From Candidatus Pacearchaeota archaeon (lineage in GTDB: Archaea > Nanobdellota > Nanobdellia > Pacearchaeales > GW2011-AR1), in the NCBI GenBank assembly GCA_018303785.1, contig JAGVXM010000001.1, positions 1 through 61,605 of the forward strand: a DNA stretch of 61,605 bases, written 5' to 3'. Below are positions 9,983-18,885 of the stretch, in pieces (the first letter of the stretch is position 1; each line of letters opens with the position of its first letter). A program made the position numbers and the translations under genes. Below the pieces are notes generated by a model. That model had not been told where the DNA came from. It saw only the letters and a program-made list of their open reading frames with translations, and searched no databases.

Positions 9983-11045
9983 TTTTTTCTAATCTCACAT
10001 TCTCATAACAAACTTCTTCTCCGTCGACAAATAATAATCCTGCTAATCCTTTATCGCCATGCCCAGAATTCCAGAATAATTCTTTCGTCGGTGTTTTCTC
10101 CGGAATATAATTTCCTTTGCTGTCATGTGTTCTATGAGAGGATTCATGGAAATGTCCAGACACTGCTTTTGTGATTCCAAGTTGTTCATATAATTGTTTT
10201 AAATCTTTATTACCGCGGTTAGTTTTTTGTTCAACTAAAATTTTTAGAATATCTAATCCTCGCGTCCACATTTCTGTTTTAACCGCAGCTTCAATGTCAT
10301 TTTCTGCAGTATTTGATCTGTAAATAGGAGTATTATCTCTTTGCGCCAATGCGGAATTAAAAGCAACTGCGGGAAAAACTCCTTTACTCTGATACTCCTC
10401 TTTTCCTTTTGAATATTCTCGCGATTCATAAAAATGAGCTACATCAACTCCTCTTTCTACAGTATCAAATTTTCGTGGTACATGGCAGATAGCAATTGTT
10501 TTTTCAGGCTCAGTTACTAATGATCGTAAATCATTCATATTGCTAAAATGAAATGCAGAAACACCGCCATATTTCATGCATATGTTATATTGATTCCAAT
10601 CTCTAAATAAACTAAGAATACCGGCTTCTGATCTAACGAAATTTCCCGTAGATATTTTCTCATCTTTTCCAATAAAATATTCTCCACCACAGGTAAAATC
10701 AGAGCCTGGTAAAAATACTAAGGTGTGTTCTTTTTGTTCCACTTTTGGACTTTTTATCACGTCAATAATATTTCTAAATTTCTGGGAAAAATGTTCTATC
10801 ACAGGAGAATACCCTAACAGCGTTTCATGACTCCCTGGCTGCACATAACACTCCAATCCTGTTTTACCAATTTCATTCAAAATGAAAGCAGTATATGCCT
10901 GTGAATTTTCAAGCGAACCATAGTTACCACCAATATCTCCATTTACAATAAGCTTTTCTACGCCTTTCTGAACTAAAGCTTCAAGTAATGGATTAATTAT
11001 CCGAGGGTCCTCATGAATATCTGAAATAAAACCGTAGGTTGTCAT
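9975..11045 (-). CDS. Calcineurin-like metallophosphoesterase
   Basis: Motifs seen are ISDIHEDP, VNGDIGGN, PGSHE, ICHVP and GHFHES. The probable start is M20 (11045), 4 nt after the upstream stop. The ORF track extends it to 11102. Confidence 0.75.
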   Translation of the reverse strand: MTTYGFISDIHEDPRIINPLLEALVQKGVEKLIVNGDIGGNYGSLENSQAYTAFILNEIGKTGLECYVQPGSHETLLGYSPVIEHFSQKFRNIIDVIKSPKVEQKEHTLVFLPGSDFTCGGEYFIGKDEKISTGNFVRSEAGILSLFRDWNQYNICMKYGGVSAFHFSNMNDLRSLVTEPEKTIAICHVPRKFDTVERGVDVAHFYESREYSKGKEEYQSKGVFPAVAFNSALAQRDNTPIYRSNTAENDIEAAVKTEMWTRGLDILKILVEQKTNRGNKDLKQLYEQLGITKAVSGHFHESSHRTHDSKGNYIPEKTPTKELFWNSGHGDKGLAGLLFVDGEEVCYENVRLEKNG

Positions 11046-11049
11046 GGTA

Positions 11050-11658
11050 TTAATAAAAAGGCTGCGTAGATATTTTAATGTGTTTATCTGCCAATTCTCC
11101 ATTTTCTGTAGAATAAAGGTCTATGAATTTTTTCTTTTTGGAATCTGATTTAGCTTTTAAATAATGCTCTTCATTTATCCAAAATTTTATTGTTCTAAAC
11201 CATGCATGACGTTCGGGTAATGATGGTAAAAAATAATTTTCATTAATGTCTAATTCTACAAATACATCTAAATCTTTATTAGAATTATAAAATTCATAAA
11301 ACAAAGGATATCCTTGAGTATGTAGGATAATCTGATCATTTTCTATTGTTATTCCATCAGGTAACGATATTCCATCACCTGATAATTGATTTACTTTTTC
11401 AGTTAATTGTTGAATCTGTGAACCAAAAAGGTATATCCCCCGTACAGGTATCCGTCTAAAGTCTCGGACCAATCTAAAAAAAGATACCGATTGAATACCT
11501 TCCTTTTTGTACTCATTCGTAGGATTATATCCATTAAATTGACTCAGTAAGCCTTGTGCAATCGGATGAGCGTAATGATGGTAAAATTCACAGATATTAT
11601 TAATTAAATGGTCCAGATTTATTATATCATTTTTGTCAAAAAGCTTATTTTTTTCCAT
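11050..11658 (-). CDS. Hypothetical protein (202 aa), first gene of the operon
   Basis: IYLFGS and DLDVFVELD loosely recall nucleotidyltransferase G-S / DxD strings, but the spacing is atypical. Confidence 0.55.
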   Translation of the reverse strand: MEKNKLFDKNDIINLDHLINNICEFYHHYAHPIAQGLLSQFNGYNPTNEYKKEGIQSVSFFRLVRDFRRIPVRGIYLFGSQIQQLTEKVNQLSGDGISLPDGITIENDQIILHTQGYPLFYEFYNSNKDLDVFVELDINENYFLPSLPERHAWFRTIKFWINEEHYLKAKSDSKKKKFIDLYSTENGELADKHIKISTQPFY

Positions 11659-11694
11659 ATTGTTATACCTCGTTTATCTATATAAACCTTCCTT

Positions 11695-11991
11695 ATGTTA
11701 CCACCCAATAGGGCTGACAAACAAAAGATTTATATATTTGCGGTAATAATGAGGAGTATGAAAAGAAACCTTTCGAATAATTGTAATATAGAAACTAAGG
11801 TTAATACTTATCAATCTCCGGCTTTTGAAGTAGGAGATCCTCACCTTAAGATAGCAGGAGAATCACTGCTTAAAATAACTGGCAGGTACCTTTTAGCTAC
11901 TGGGATTACAGGTTTAACAGTATATACATTAATAAAAGCAACTGATTTCATATCCTGGGCTTATCAAGTAAATTACTTTTCAATGAAATAA
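11695..11991 (+). CDS. Hypothetical small protein with a C-terminal TM segment
   Basis: This ORF is divergent from the 11658 operon. The true start may be an internal Met (11749 or 11758). Confidence 0.4.
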   Translation: MLPPNRADKQKIYIFAVIMRSMKRNLSNNCNIETKVNTYQSPAFEVGDPHLKIAGESLLKITGRYLLATGITGLTVYTLIKATDFISWAYQVNYFSMK

Positions 11992-12324
11992 ATGGATCAC
12001 AATTACCTCGTTTATAATCATTACGAAAGACCGGTTTTGCTTACAGAAAGCCTTAAATTAGCTGAGAGATTGGCCCATGAACATAAGGGGATGTATTTTC
12101 AGGTTACGGAACAGAAAATTGAAAATCTTAAAATAAGGGAAGAAATAGAAGCAAGGAGAAAAAATGAATTGCGCTCTAAAACAAAATATAAAAGAGTTAA
12201 ACATTATAATTTACAGGAAGAAACTAACATGACAGAAAATTATGAAACTCTAATGAATCATATGCTAATCAAAATAAACCCGAATATAAAGAGGATAACT
12301 AATGGCAACTGCATACGAAACTGA
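11992..12324 (+). CDS. Hypothetical protein (110 aa)
   Basis: It starts directly after the previous stop. Confidence 0.45.
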   Translation: MDHNYLVYNHYERPVLLTESLKLAERLAHEHKGMYFQVTEQKIENLKIREEIEARRKNELRSKTKYKRVKHYNLQEETNMTENYETLMNHMLIKINPNIKRITNGNCIRN

Positions 12325-13015
12325 AATTGAAAGACGAAAAAATGCTGGATTGTACCAACAGATATTAAAGCAAAATAAGGATCGAGCAGACCAGGAAAAA
12401 ATACTACGAGCACCATTAGAAGAATTAGTAGCAGGAATACATGATCCGCAGGAAAGAGAACAAGTAATTCAAAATACTAGGCAAGACGAGGAATTATATT
12501 CATCTATTCTTCAAAATCATCTAAAAAAATTAGATGAGGAAGCTAAAAAAGCAGAAAATCTCGAAGAAATAATCGATTCTGCTCCAATAGAAGCTCTTGG
12601 AAGCTCATTACAGTATATTGGCCCTGCTAAAGATGCTAAAGATTATGGGACTCTAGTTACATACAATAAATTGCTTCAATTAGCTCGCTCATTACAAGAA
12701 TCCGAGAATAATAAAGAAAAGCTTGAAAAGCTCGATCCAGTTGTGAAAAAAACTGTCCGGGATTATATGTTATCTGATGAATATTTCGATACCAAAAATG
12801 AAGAAACTAAGAAATTTTTGGAAACATACACACGGCGAATGCCACAACAGCATTATGGACGGTTATTCGAACAGTTAATTGGAAAAGCTTCTAAATATGT
12901 TACCAGCAAAGATAATGCAGATGAAGTTCGTGGATATGTAAATGAAATTCTTAAAGATGAAACTCAACGCCCACTATTTTATCAAATTCTTTTTTCACCT
13001 CGCGACAAGGAGTAA
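12302..13015 (+). CDS. Hypothetical helical protein (237 aa)
   Basis: It overlaps the upstream ORF and has a GAGG-like string upstream. Confidence 0.55.
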   Translation: MATAYETEIERRKNAGLYQQILKQNKDRADQEKILRAPLEELVAGIHDPQEREQVIQNTRQDEELYSSILQNHLKKLDEEAKKAENLEEIIDSAPIEALGSSLQYIGPAKDAKDYGTLVTYNKLLQLARSLQESENNKEKLEKLDPVVKKTVRDYMLSDEYFDTKNEETKKFLETYTRRMPQQHYGRLFEQLIGKASKYVTSKDNADEVRGYVNEILKDETQRPLFYQILFSPRDKE

Positions 13016-13016
13016 A

Positions 13017-13247
13017 ATGGTAGACCCACTAGCTGACACAAGAACTATTAACCCTATAGAATCATATACCACAAAGAAATTTCAAATTAAATATGGACAT
13101 AGCTCTACAATAATTAATGGAAGAGAACTATCGAGTAATTTTTATAATACTCAATCAGAAAAGGATTTTATAGAATTGCCAACAGTTGACGGAAAAATAA
13201 TTAACTGGGAAGAAGTTGAAAATGAAAAACTTAGAATCTTCGATTAA
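13017..13247 (+). CDS. Hypothetical protein (76 aa)
   Basis: ATG 13017 lies 1 nt after the previous stop and is preceded by AAGGAG. The ORF-track start at 12942 overlaps the upstream gene. Confidence 0.45.
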   Translation: MVDPLADTRTINPIESYTTKKFQIKYGHSSTIINGRELSSNFYNTQSEKDFIELPTVDGKIINWEEVENEKLRIFD

Positions 13248-13337
13248 TCCATACGAATCTCCCGAGATTTTCAGGAAAAAGAAAAGCTCCCTAAAGAATT
13301 AAGTGATTGGAGATTTGCAGCAGAAACGGCGAAAATA

Positions 13338-13577
13338 TTGACCTTTGTTTCCTTAATGGGTCTTCATGCAGCTTCGTATCTTATGCGCTCATCTCAACAA
13401 GAAAAAAATAATCCTATGTCACACGGATTTTTAGGGTCGTTGTTAGGTCTATTATATTATGGAGCAGCCTGCCATGATTTAAATCTTAATGAAAACACGT
13501 CTATTGTGGTTTGTTCAATCCCTATTGTTACTAACTTTCTTTCCGCAGGTTATGAAATCATACGAAAGAAAAATTAA
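13338..13577 (+). CDS. Small membrane protein (79 aa)
   Basis: It has two or three hydrophobic segments and a non-ATG start in the ORF track. Confidence 0.35.
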   Translation: MTFVSLMGLHAASYLMRSSQQEKNNPMSHGFLGSLLGLLYYGAACHDLNLNENTSIVVCSIPIVTNFLSAGYEIIRKKN

Positions 13578-14414
13578 CTATAACACTCCATTCAAAATCT
13601 TAACTGTTTTATCAAAAAAATCCTCAGCTTTTTTCTGAAACTCATCAATAATTCTGCCATCAACTTTTCTAACCTCTCCATGTATTATTTTTTTATGGAG
13701 ATCATAAACAGAAACAAAATCTTTCAAAACTTGTTTTTTTAATAATCCTTTTTCAACAAAATGTGTTTGTAATAATTCTGGGATATGCTCTGGTGACGGC
13801 GGCACAACTTTCATAACCATTAATAATGATTGTGCACATTCAACAAAAGCCCAGTAACATCCTTCAATAGCACTCATCTCAGCAACGCGCGATCGTAAAA
13901 TATGTGCAGGAACTCTGTTCATTAAAACATAAATCGCCTCCGGAGTTGTTTTGATTTTTCCGTCGAGCAATAAAAACTTTAATGGAGAAAAAAATCCTCC
14001 GTTATCAATCAAAACTTCGCCATATCTTATAATGTTTATCACTGTGGGATCGCCAGACATAAGATCCTCCCACCATGTCGTGATTTTTACAGTATTAATA
14101 TGCAAATCTTTTTTGTAAGGATTTCCCTGAATAATTTTCCCCAACTCCTCTCTGTACCATAAAATAAATTTTTCATCAAACTTGAATGAAGCATCATCAA
14201 CGACAATAACGATATCAATATCAGATCCTACAACAGCAGTATCTTTCGCCGTAGATCCAAAAAGAATTACAGATTTAACTAACGTATTAAATTTCTGGTA
14301 CACTTTTTCAGCAAAATCCATGGCAATATCTCTGCTCGTTTTAAGTTCCAATGTAGGAAATTCCGTATTCTTCTTCACCGGTTCAGATTTTACTGACTTA
14401 TCTTGCTTTCCCAT
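13578..14414 (-). CDS. Nucleotidyltransferase-domain protein (278 aa)
   Basis: LFGSTAKDTAVVGSDIDIVIVVDD matches the pol-beta-type NTase motif. The C-terminal region is helical. Confidence 0.7.
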   Translation of the reverse strand: MGKQDKSVKSEPVKKNTEFPTLELKTSRDIAMDFAEKVYQKFNTLVKSVILFGSTAKDTAVVGSDIDIVIVVDDASFKFDEKFILWYREELGKIIQGNPYKKDLHINTVKITTWWEDLMSGDPTVINIIRYGEVLIDNGGFFSPLKFLLLDGKIKTTPEAIYVLMNRVPAHILRSRVAEMSAIEGCYWAFVECAQSLLMVMKVVPPSPEHIPELLQTHFVEKGLLKKQVLKDFVSVYDLHKKIIHGEVRKVDGRIIDEFQKKAEDFFDKTVKILNGVL

Positions 14415-14463
14415 ATCACCTTTTATTACATGTATAGAGCAAAGATATTTTTAAATGTGTTGA

Positions 14464-14580
14464 TTAAAGAATGATATCTCGCCATTGTTTGCACCGAGAG
14501 CAATAATATCTGCCCCAATGTTCGAAAACTGGCTCGTCATGATGAACTTCACACGTAGATTTTATTTCTTTTTCTTCCAT
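14464..14580 (-). CDS. Possible 38-aa Cys/His-rich mini-protein (MEEKEIKSTCEVHHDEPVFEHWGRYYCSRCKQWRDIIL)
   Basis: It is below the ORF-track cut-off. It has a C..HH...CxxC pattern, and the palindromic TATA TTTATAAA (14613-14620) lies upstream. Confidence 0.3.
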   Translation of the reverse strand: MEEKEIKSTCEVHHDEPVFEHWGRYYCSRCKQWRDIIL

Positions 14581-14760
14581 CTCTTTTTTGTGAAGGAAAA
14601 AATAGAATCTGTTTTATAAATCTAACTATATCGCAAGTAATTATTCGTAAAATTTATGCTCAACACGCGTGTGATATGACTGCCTTTGAATATACGCATC
14701 AACAATCGATTCAACACATCTTACAGCTCGCCCCAAAAAAGGAATATCATAAACCATTTG

Positions 14761-15434
14761 TTAATCGTTAGTAAAATTTTTAAAAATGTAATCAATATCT
14801 TCAAAAACAGAAAGGTCAAGATGAGGAAATATTTCTCCCAATCGTTTTGTTGAAAATGATCGCGATGGAATTAATTCGTTATTTATAAGAAATACAATTT
14901 TTTTTGGAAACTTTACTGCCTTTCCAAAAGCATTATTGGCAAAAGAAAGATAATCGTCGTAATTTTCACTTCGCTCATGTGCTGCTTTCATTAAGTACGT
15001 TCTGACACCACGCTGTCCGCAAAAATTTAAAGCTGCAGAATGTAAAACCGAATTTTTATAATCTAATCCATTCAATTTATTAAGCATTTTTTTTGTATGA
15101 ACGACTGCGTGATCCTGAAGATAAGAGGTGTAATCGTGAGAGTACGAAAGAAACCGGCCATCTCGCGCAGATTCACAATCTATAACATTTATATCTGTAT
15201 CAATTGGAGGTTCACGCTATGCAAATAATCTCCCAATATCAATCATTTTTTCATAGTCAGTCAGAATCTTACTATCAATAATTATACCCCATCAATATCG
15301 CTTCTCCCCTCATCGAAATATTCAGAATTCACGGAACCAAACGTATAAAAGCAAACATCCGGATGATATTTTTGCAAATCATCACCAAATTTCTCAATAA
15401 ATAATCTACACTTCTTTTTTAATGGTACTTCCAT
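14761..15434 (-). pseudogene. Decayed nucleotidyltransferase gene (1 frameshift plus 1 in-frame TAG)
   Basis: The N-terminus MEVPL...YTFGSVNSEYFDEGRSDIDGV runs into TAA (15282-15284). The continuation IIIDSKIL... is in another frame, has TAG at 15217-15219, and then runs in frame into ORF 14761-15087. Confidence 0.7.
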
Positions 15435-15521
15435 GCCTCAAATAAAATAACCCCATTTAAAAAATTTCATATACGAAAACACTAGCTTTATTAATTATTA
15501 TATCATTCTAATTAAAAAGAG

Positions 15522-17261
15522 ATGATCGACAATTTTGTAAACGCAATTTCAGAAAACATTATGCTTCAATTAAGCGTAATCCTTTTCATAGTCTTAGCAG
15601 TCTCGTTAATCATGCGACTTCTCAAACAACCATTAATAATTGGTTATATTATTGCGGGTGTTCTCATTGGCCCAGTTTTTTTAAATATTTTAACATATGA
15701 TGAAACCCTTGCTACATTTTCTGAATTAGGCATAGCATTTTTATTATTCATTGTAGGATTGCATCTCAGCCCTAAAGTAATTAAAGAAGTTGGCCTCATA
15801 GCATTAATTACAGGAATAGGACAAGTAGTAATCACGACATTAATAGGATATTTTTTTGGATTATTGATGGGTTTTAACTCAATAACTTCCTTATACATTG
15901 CAGTTGCAATAAGTTTTTCCTCAACAATAATTATCACCAAGCTCCTTTCAGATAAAGATGCCCTCGATAAATTGTATGGAAAAATTTCAATTGGATTTTT
16001 ATTAGTGCAGGATTTTATAGCGATAATAATTCTGTTGATAGTCTCTTCACTATCCAACAGCGGCGATGCGGCAGGTTTTATAACCTCAACGTTTACAAAA
16101 TCAATAATTTTAATTGCAATTTTATCGCCGATAAGTTATTTTATTTTGCCAAAATTAAATAATTTTTTCTCGAAATCACAGGAGTTTTTATTTGTTTTTG
16201 CAATATCATGGGGTCTCGGTCTTGCATCTTTATTTTATTACATCGGCTTTTCATTAGAAGTGGGTGCGCTTATTGCAGGAATTTTATTATCAATGTCTTC
16301 ATATAGTTGGGAGGTAAGCGCGAAGCTTCGTTCTCTTCGCGATTTTTTCTTGATTTCATTTTTTATTTTACTTGGAACACAGATGTCATTCAGCTCAGTA
16401 TCAACACAGATCAAGCCAATTATATTATATTCTTTGTTAATTTTAATTGGTAATCCTATAATTGTGATGGGATTAATGGGGTTTTTCAGGTATACAAAAA
16501 GCACGGGCTTTATGGCTGGCCTTACCGTCGCACAAATCAGCGAATTTTCTCTGATACTTATTGCTTTGGGCGCAAAGGTCGGACATCTTTCAACAGATGT
16601 ACTATCATTAATTACTGCTATTGGTTTAATTACTATCGCCGGATCTTCATACATGATAATTTATTCAGAACCCCTATACAGAAATTTGTCACCATTACTT
16701 CGAATTTTCGAAAGAAAAATAACTAAAGAAAAACAAATTAAAGAAAAAGAATATCAATATTTTTTGTTAGGTGAAAATAGAATTGGATTTTCTATAATGA
16801 AATCATTTGCAAAACTCAAGAAAAATTATGTAGTGGTGGATTATGATCCTGAACGAATTAAAAGATTGAAATCTAGAGGAATAGACTGTTTGTATGGCGA
16901 TGTTTCCGACGCTGATTTCCTGGAAGAAATTAAATTAGATCATGCACGCGTTATTGTTTCTACAATTCCAGAATCAGAAATAAATCTTATCATAATTAAT
17001 AAGATAAGAAAAAAGAATCAAAAAGCAATAATTATCTTAACTGCTCGCCAGATTTCAGATGCGTTTGAATTATATGATGCTGGAGCAGATTATGTTATCT
17101 TGCCTCATTTTTTAGGAGGCGATTACACTGCTAAGATAATTGAAAAATCTGGAGAGGACAAATCTCAATATAAAGAAGAGAAAAAGAAACATCTTAGGGA
17201 ATTATGGGAGAGAATGCAGGAAGGACACGAACATCCCAAAACTGAAAAAAATAAAAAATAA
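15522..17261 (+). CDS. CPA2/Kef-type cation:proton antiporter with a C-terminal TrkA-N/RCK domain
   Basis: A multi-TM exchanger domain is followed by the Rossmann-like YFLLGENRIGFSI...VVVDYDP. Confidence 0.8.
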   Translation: MIDNFVNAISENIMLQLSVILFIVLAVSLIMRLLKQPLIIGYIIAGVLIGPVFLNILTYDETLATFSELGIAFLLFIVGLHLSPKVIKEVGLIALITGIGQVVITTLIGYFFGLLMGFNSITSLYIAVAISFSSTIIITKLLSDKDALDKLYGKISIGFLLVQDFIAIIILLIVSSLSNSGDAAGFITSTFTKSIILIAILSPISYFILPKLNNFFSKSQEFLFVFAISWGLGLASLFYYIGFSLEVGALIAGILLSMSSYSWEVSAKLRSLRDFFLISFFILLGTQMSFSSVSTQIKPIILYSLLILIGNPIIVMGLMGFFRYTKSTGFMAGLTVAQISEFSLILIALGAKVGHLSTDVLSLITAIGLITIAGSSYMIIYSEPLYRNLSPLLRIFERKITKEKQIKEKEYQYFLLGENRIGFSIMKSFAKLKKNYVVVDYDPERIKRLKSRGIDCLYGDVSDADFLEEIKLDHARVIVSTIPESEINLIIINKIRKKNQKAIIILTARQISDAFELYDAGADYVILPHFLGGDYTAKIIEKSGEDKSQYKEEKKKHLRELWERMQEGHEHPKTEKNKK

Positions 17262-17588
17262 TTATTGTTTCGGAAATTTCTTAGCCAATTCTTTAAAAAT
17301 TATATCTGCATTGGGATAAACTTTTTTTATAATATAATCTATTTTTTCTTCGACTCGTTCACTACTTTCTTTAGATTGAGGCGAACCGACATAAAGTAAA
17401 AAAGCTAACCCTCCAACTTGCCACATGAGCTGTAAAAACTCAGATTGCCAATTCTCTAATGTATCTTTTATCGTTTCGATAAAGTATTCCTGAAACTCAA
17501 TTTGCACATTGTGATCGTTTTGCTGATTAACGTAAGAAAACCATGCAAATGTCCAGTGACCTACAATTGAAATTAGAAAAAAGCCCAA
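17262..17588 (-). CDS. Small membrane protein (108 aa), possibly DUF6766-like
   Basis: It has two hydrophobic segments and the string NWQSEFLQ. The family assignment is from memory only. Confidence 0.4.
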   Translation of the reverse strand: MGFFLISIVGHWTFAWFSYVNQQNDHNVQIEFQEYFIETIKDTLENWQSEFLQLMWQVGGLAFLLYVGSPQSKESSERVEEKIDYIIKKVYPNADIIFKELAKKFPKQ

Positions 17589-17628
17589 GGTTACCTACAG
17601 ATATCCATATTTTCGTAAATTGTTCATG

Positions 17629-18030
17629 TCAGTGACTGAGACTTCGTAACATCTCTTTCTCAAGTATATCTGGCATAGTCTTCTCTAGTATCCTTGACAT
17701 ATCTATTTCATCTGATAGAATATCTTCGCACAAATCAACTGTATCCATATCTCCAATTTTCTGCGCAATTATCTGAATTTCCATGCTTACATTCTTCAAA
17801 TTCTTGTACGACATCATTTTCATAGTCATACCCTGAACTAATACCGTGAACTGCGACATTAATTTTTTCGTATCGGCAACTTCTCCATCTAATTCAATTA
17901 TTCTATTTTCAGTCATCTCCGCATGATTTTTTGTAATCTTCATATGATCCTCAAATTCTTGGCGCAATTCGGGAAATTCTTTCGCGTCATTAACCATGCT
18001 TTTCAAATTCTGTTCAATGCCTTTTTCCAT
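17629..18030 (-). CDS. YciE/DUF892 ferritin-like protein; the reading frame extends to ATG 18078 through an in-frame TGA
   Basis: AYAMEKGIEQNL...FPELRQEFEDHMKITKNH parallels E. coli YciE AHAMEKQAESML...YPELRARIEQHLSETKNQ (recalled). The upstream in-frame sequence is MEPKDFLIQ*LNN. Confidence 0.65.
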   Translation of the reverse strand: MEKGIEQNLKSMVNDAKEFPELRQEFEDHMKITKNHAEMTENRIIELDGEVADTKKLMSQFTVLVQGMTMKMMSYKNLKNVSMEIQIIAQKIGDMDTVDLCEDILSDEIDMSRILEKTMPDILEKEMLRSLSH

Positions 18031-18099
18031 AGCATAGGCATTATTCAGTCATTGGATAAGAAAATCTTTTGGTTCCATAAACGATTTATTCAAAGTGAA

Positions 18100-18107
18100 A
18101 TTATAAA
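18100..18107 (-). promoter_or_regulatory. TATA box (TTTATAAT on the minus strand) 29 nt upstream of ATG 18078
   Basis: The spacing fits the upstream ATG, not the annotated ATG 18030. Confidence 0.4.
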
Positions 18108-18172
18108 GCAGCGCAGTATGAAGACGACATCTAATTATAAATTTGTCTGTTAGAACTGACTAACTTATTTTT

Positions 18173-18841
18173 TCAGTGATAATTCAGCGCCTCCGGCGCT
18201 ATACCGAGCAGGCGACCATAGTGATAGTCAAGAACAATCCTGCCATCCGCATTAGACCTGCTCTCGAGCCTGCCGACACACCAGGACCGCATTTCAGGCG
18301 TATTTCCTTGGGCCGAACTTGGGAAAACTCCCATAGCAGTATCATAATTAAATCTCTGTTTTCCTTCCGCAAAGATATAATCCACATAATCATCTAATAA
18401 TGCTTGGTCTCTTGCTAATGTTTTCCAAACTGGATGAGCTTTAACATCTTGAAGAGAAAGTAAAGACTCAGTTTTTCCAAGTTTTCCTTTTTTGAATTCT
18501 TCTCCTTCTAAAGAATCGTAAATATCAGTAGATAAAATTAATGCGCCACCTCGTATGTTGCTGTCAGAATTAATTTCCCGTAGATGTTGAGAACCAAGCA
18601 CAACTTTTACTTGTCCATCAGGGTGATATACAACAGCATCATCAGTATCAAAATAATTATCCATGTAGAAAGCTTTAACTCCTGTTTCATCATTTCTTAA
18701 ATTCAATCTTCTTTGCATAATCTGAGAAACACTTGCTGGAATTCTGCCGTCAGCAATAAGTTTTGGCATTTGCTTTACATTGCTACCGCTGTAAACTTCA
18801 TATCTTTTCATTTCTTCATTTGGTAAATTATATTTCGCCAT
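18173..18841 (-). CDS. Hypothetical protein (222 aa) with a GC-rich 3' third
   Basis: It is a long ORF in an apparent operon with the wHTH gene. I recognise no motif. Confidence 0.6.
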   Translation of the reverse strand: MAKYNLPNEEMKRYEVYSGSNVKQMPKLIADGRIPASVSQIMQRRLNLRNDETGVKAFYMDNYFDTDDAVVYHPDGQVKVVLGSQHLREINSDSNIRGGALILSTDIYDSLEGEEFKKGKLGKTESLLSLQDVKAHPVWKTLARDQALLDDYVDYIFAEGKQRFNYDTAMGVFPSSAQGNTPEMRSWCVGRLESRSNADGRIVLDYHYGRLLGIAPEALNYH

Positions 18842-18885
18842 ACCGACTTTAGAAATATTGATTTTATAAATCTTTAGGTTAGTTT

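Noticed and set aside
9975-11045. The metallophosphoesterase as the Mre11 partner of the hook-containing SMC-like protein.
   Set aside because: It lies 40 kb away on the other strand. Motif III reads PGSHE rather than the GNHD/E typical of Mre11, and it sits in its own coupled operon.
15644-16654. Antisense ORFs 15644-16057 and 16238-16654.
   Set aside because: They lie inside the well-supported CPA2/Kef gene on the opposite strand. Their hydrophobic-looking translations are mirror artefacts.
18176-18397. ORFs 18176-18397 (+) and 18199-18393 (-), or an embedded RNA gene in the GC-rich patch.
   Set aside because: Both overlap the contiguous reading frame of gene 18173-18841. Stop-free alternative frames are expected in a GC-rich stretch, and I found no RNA-gene signature.
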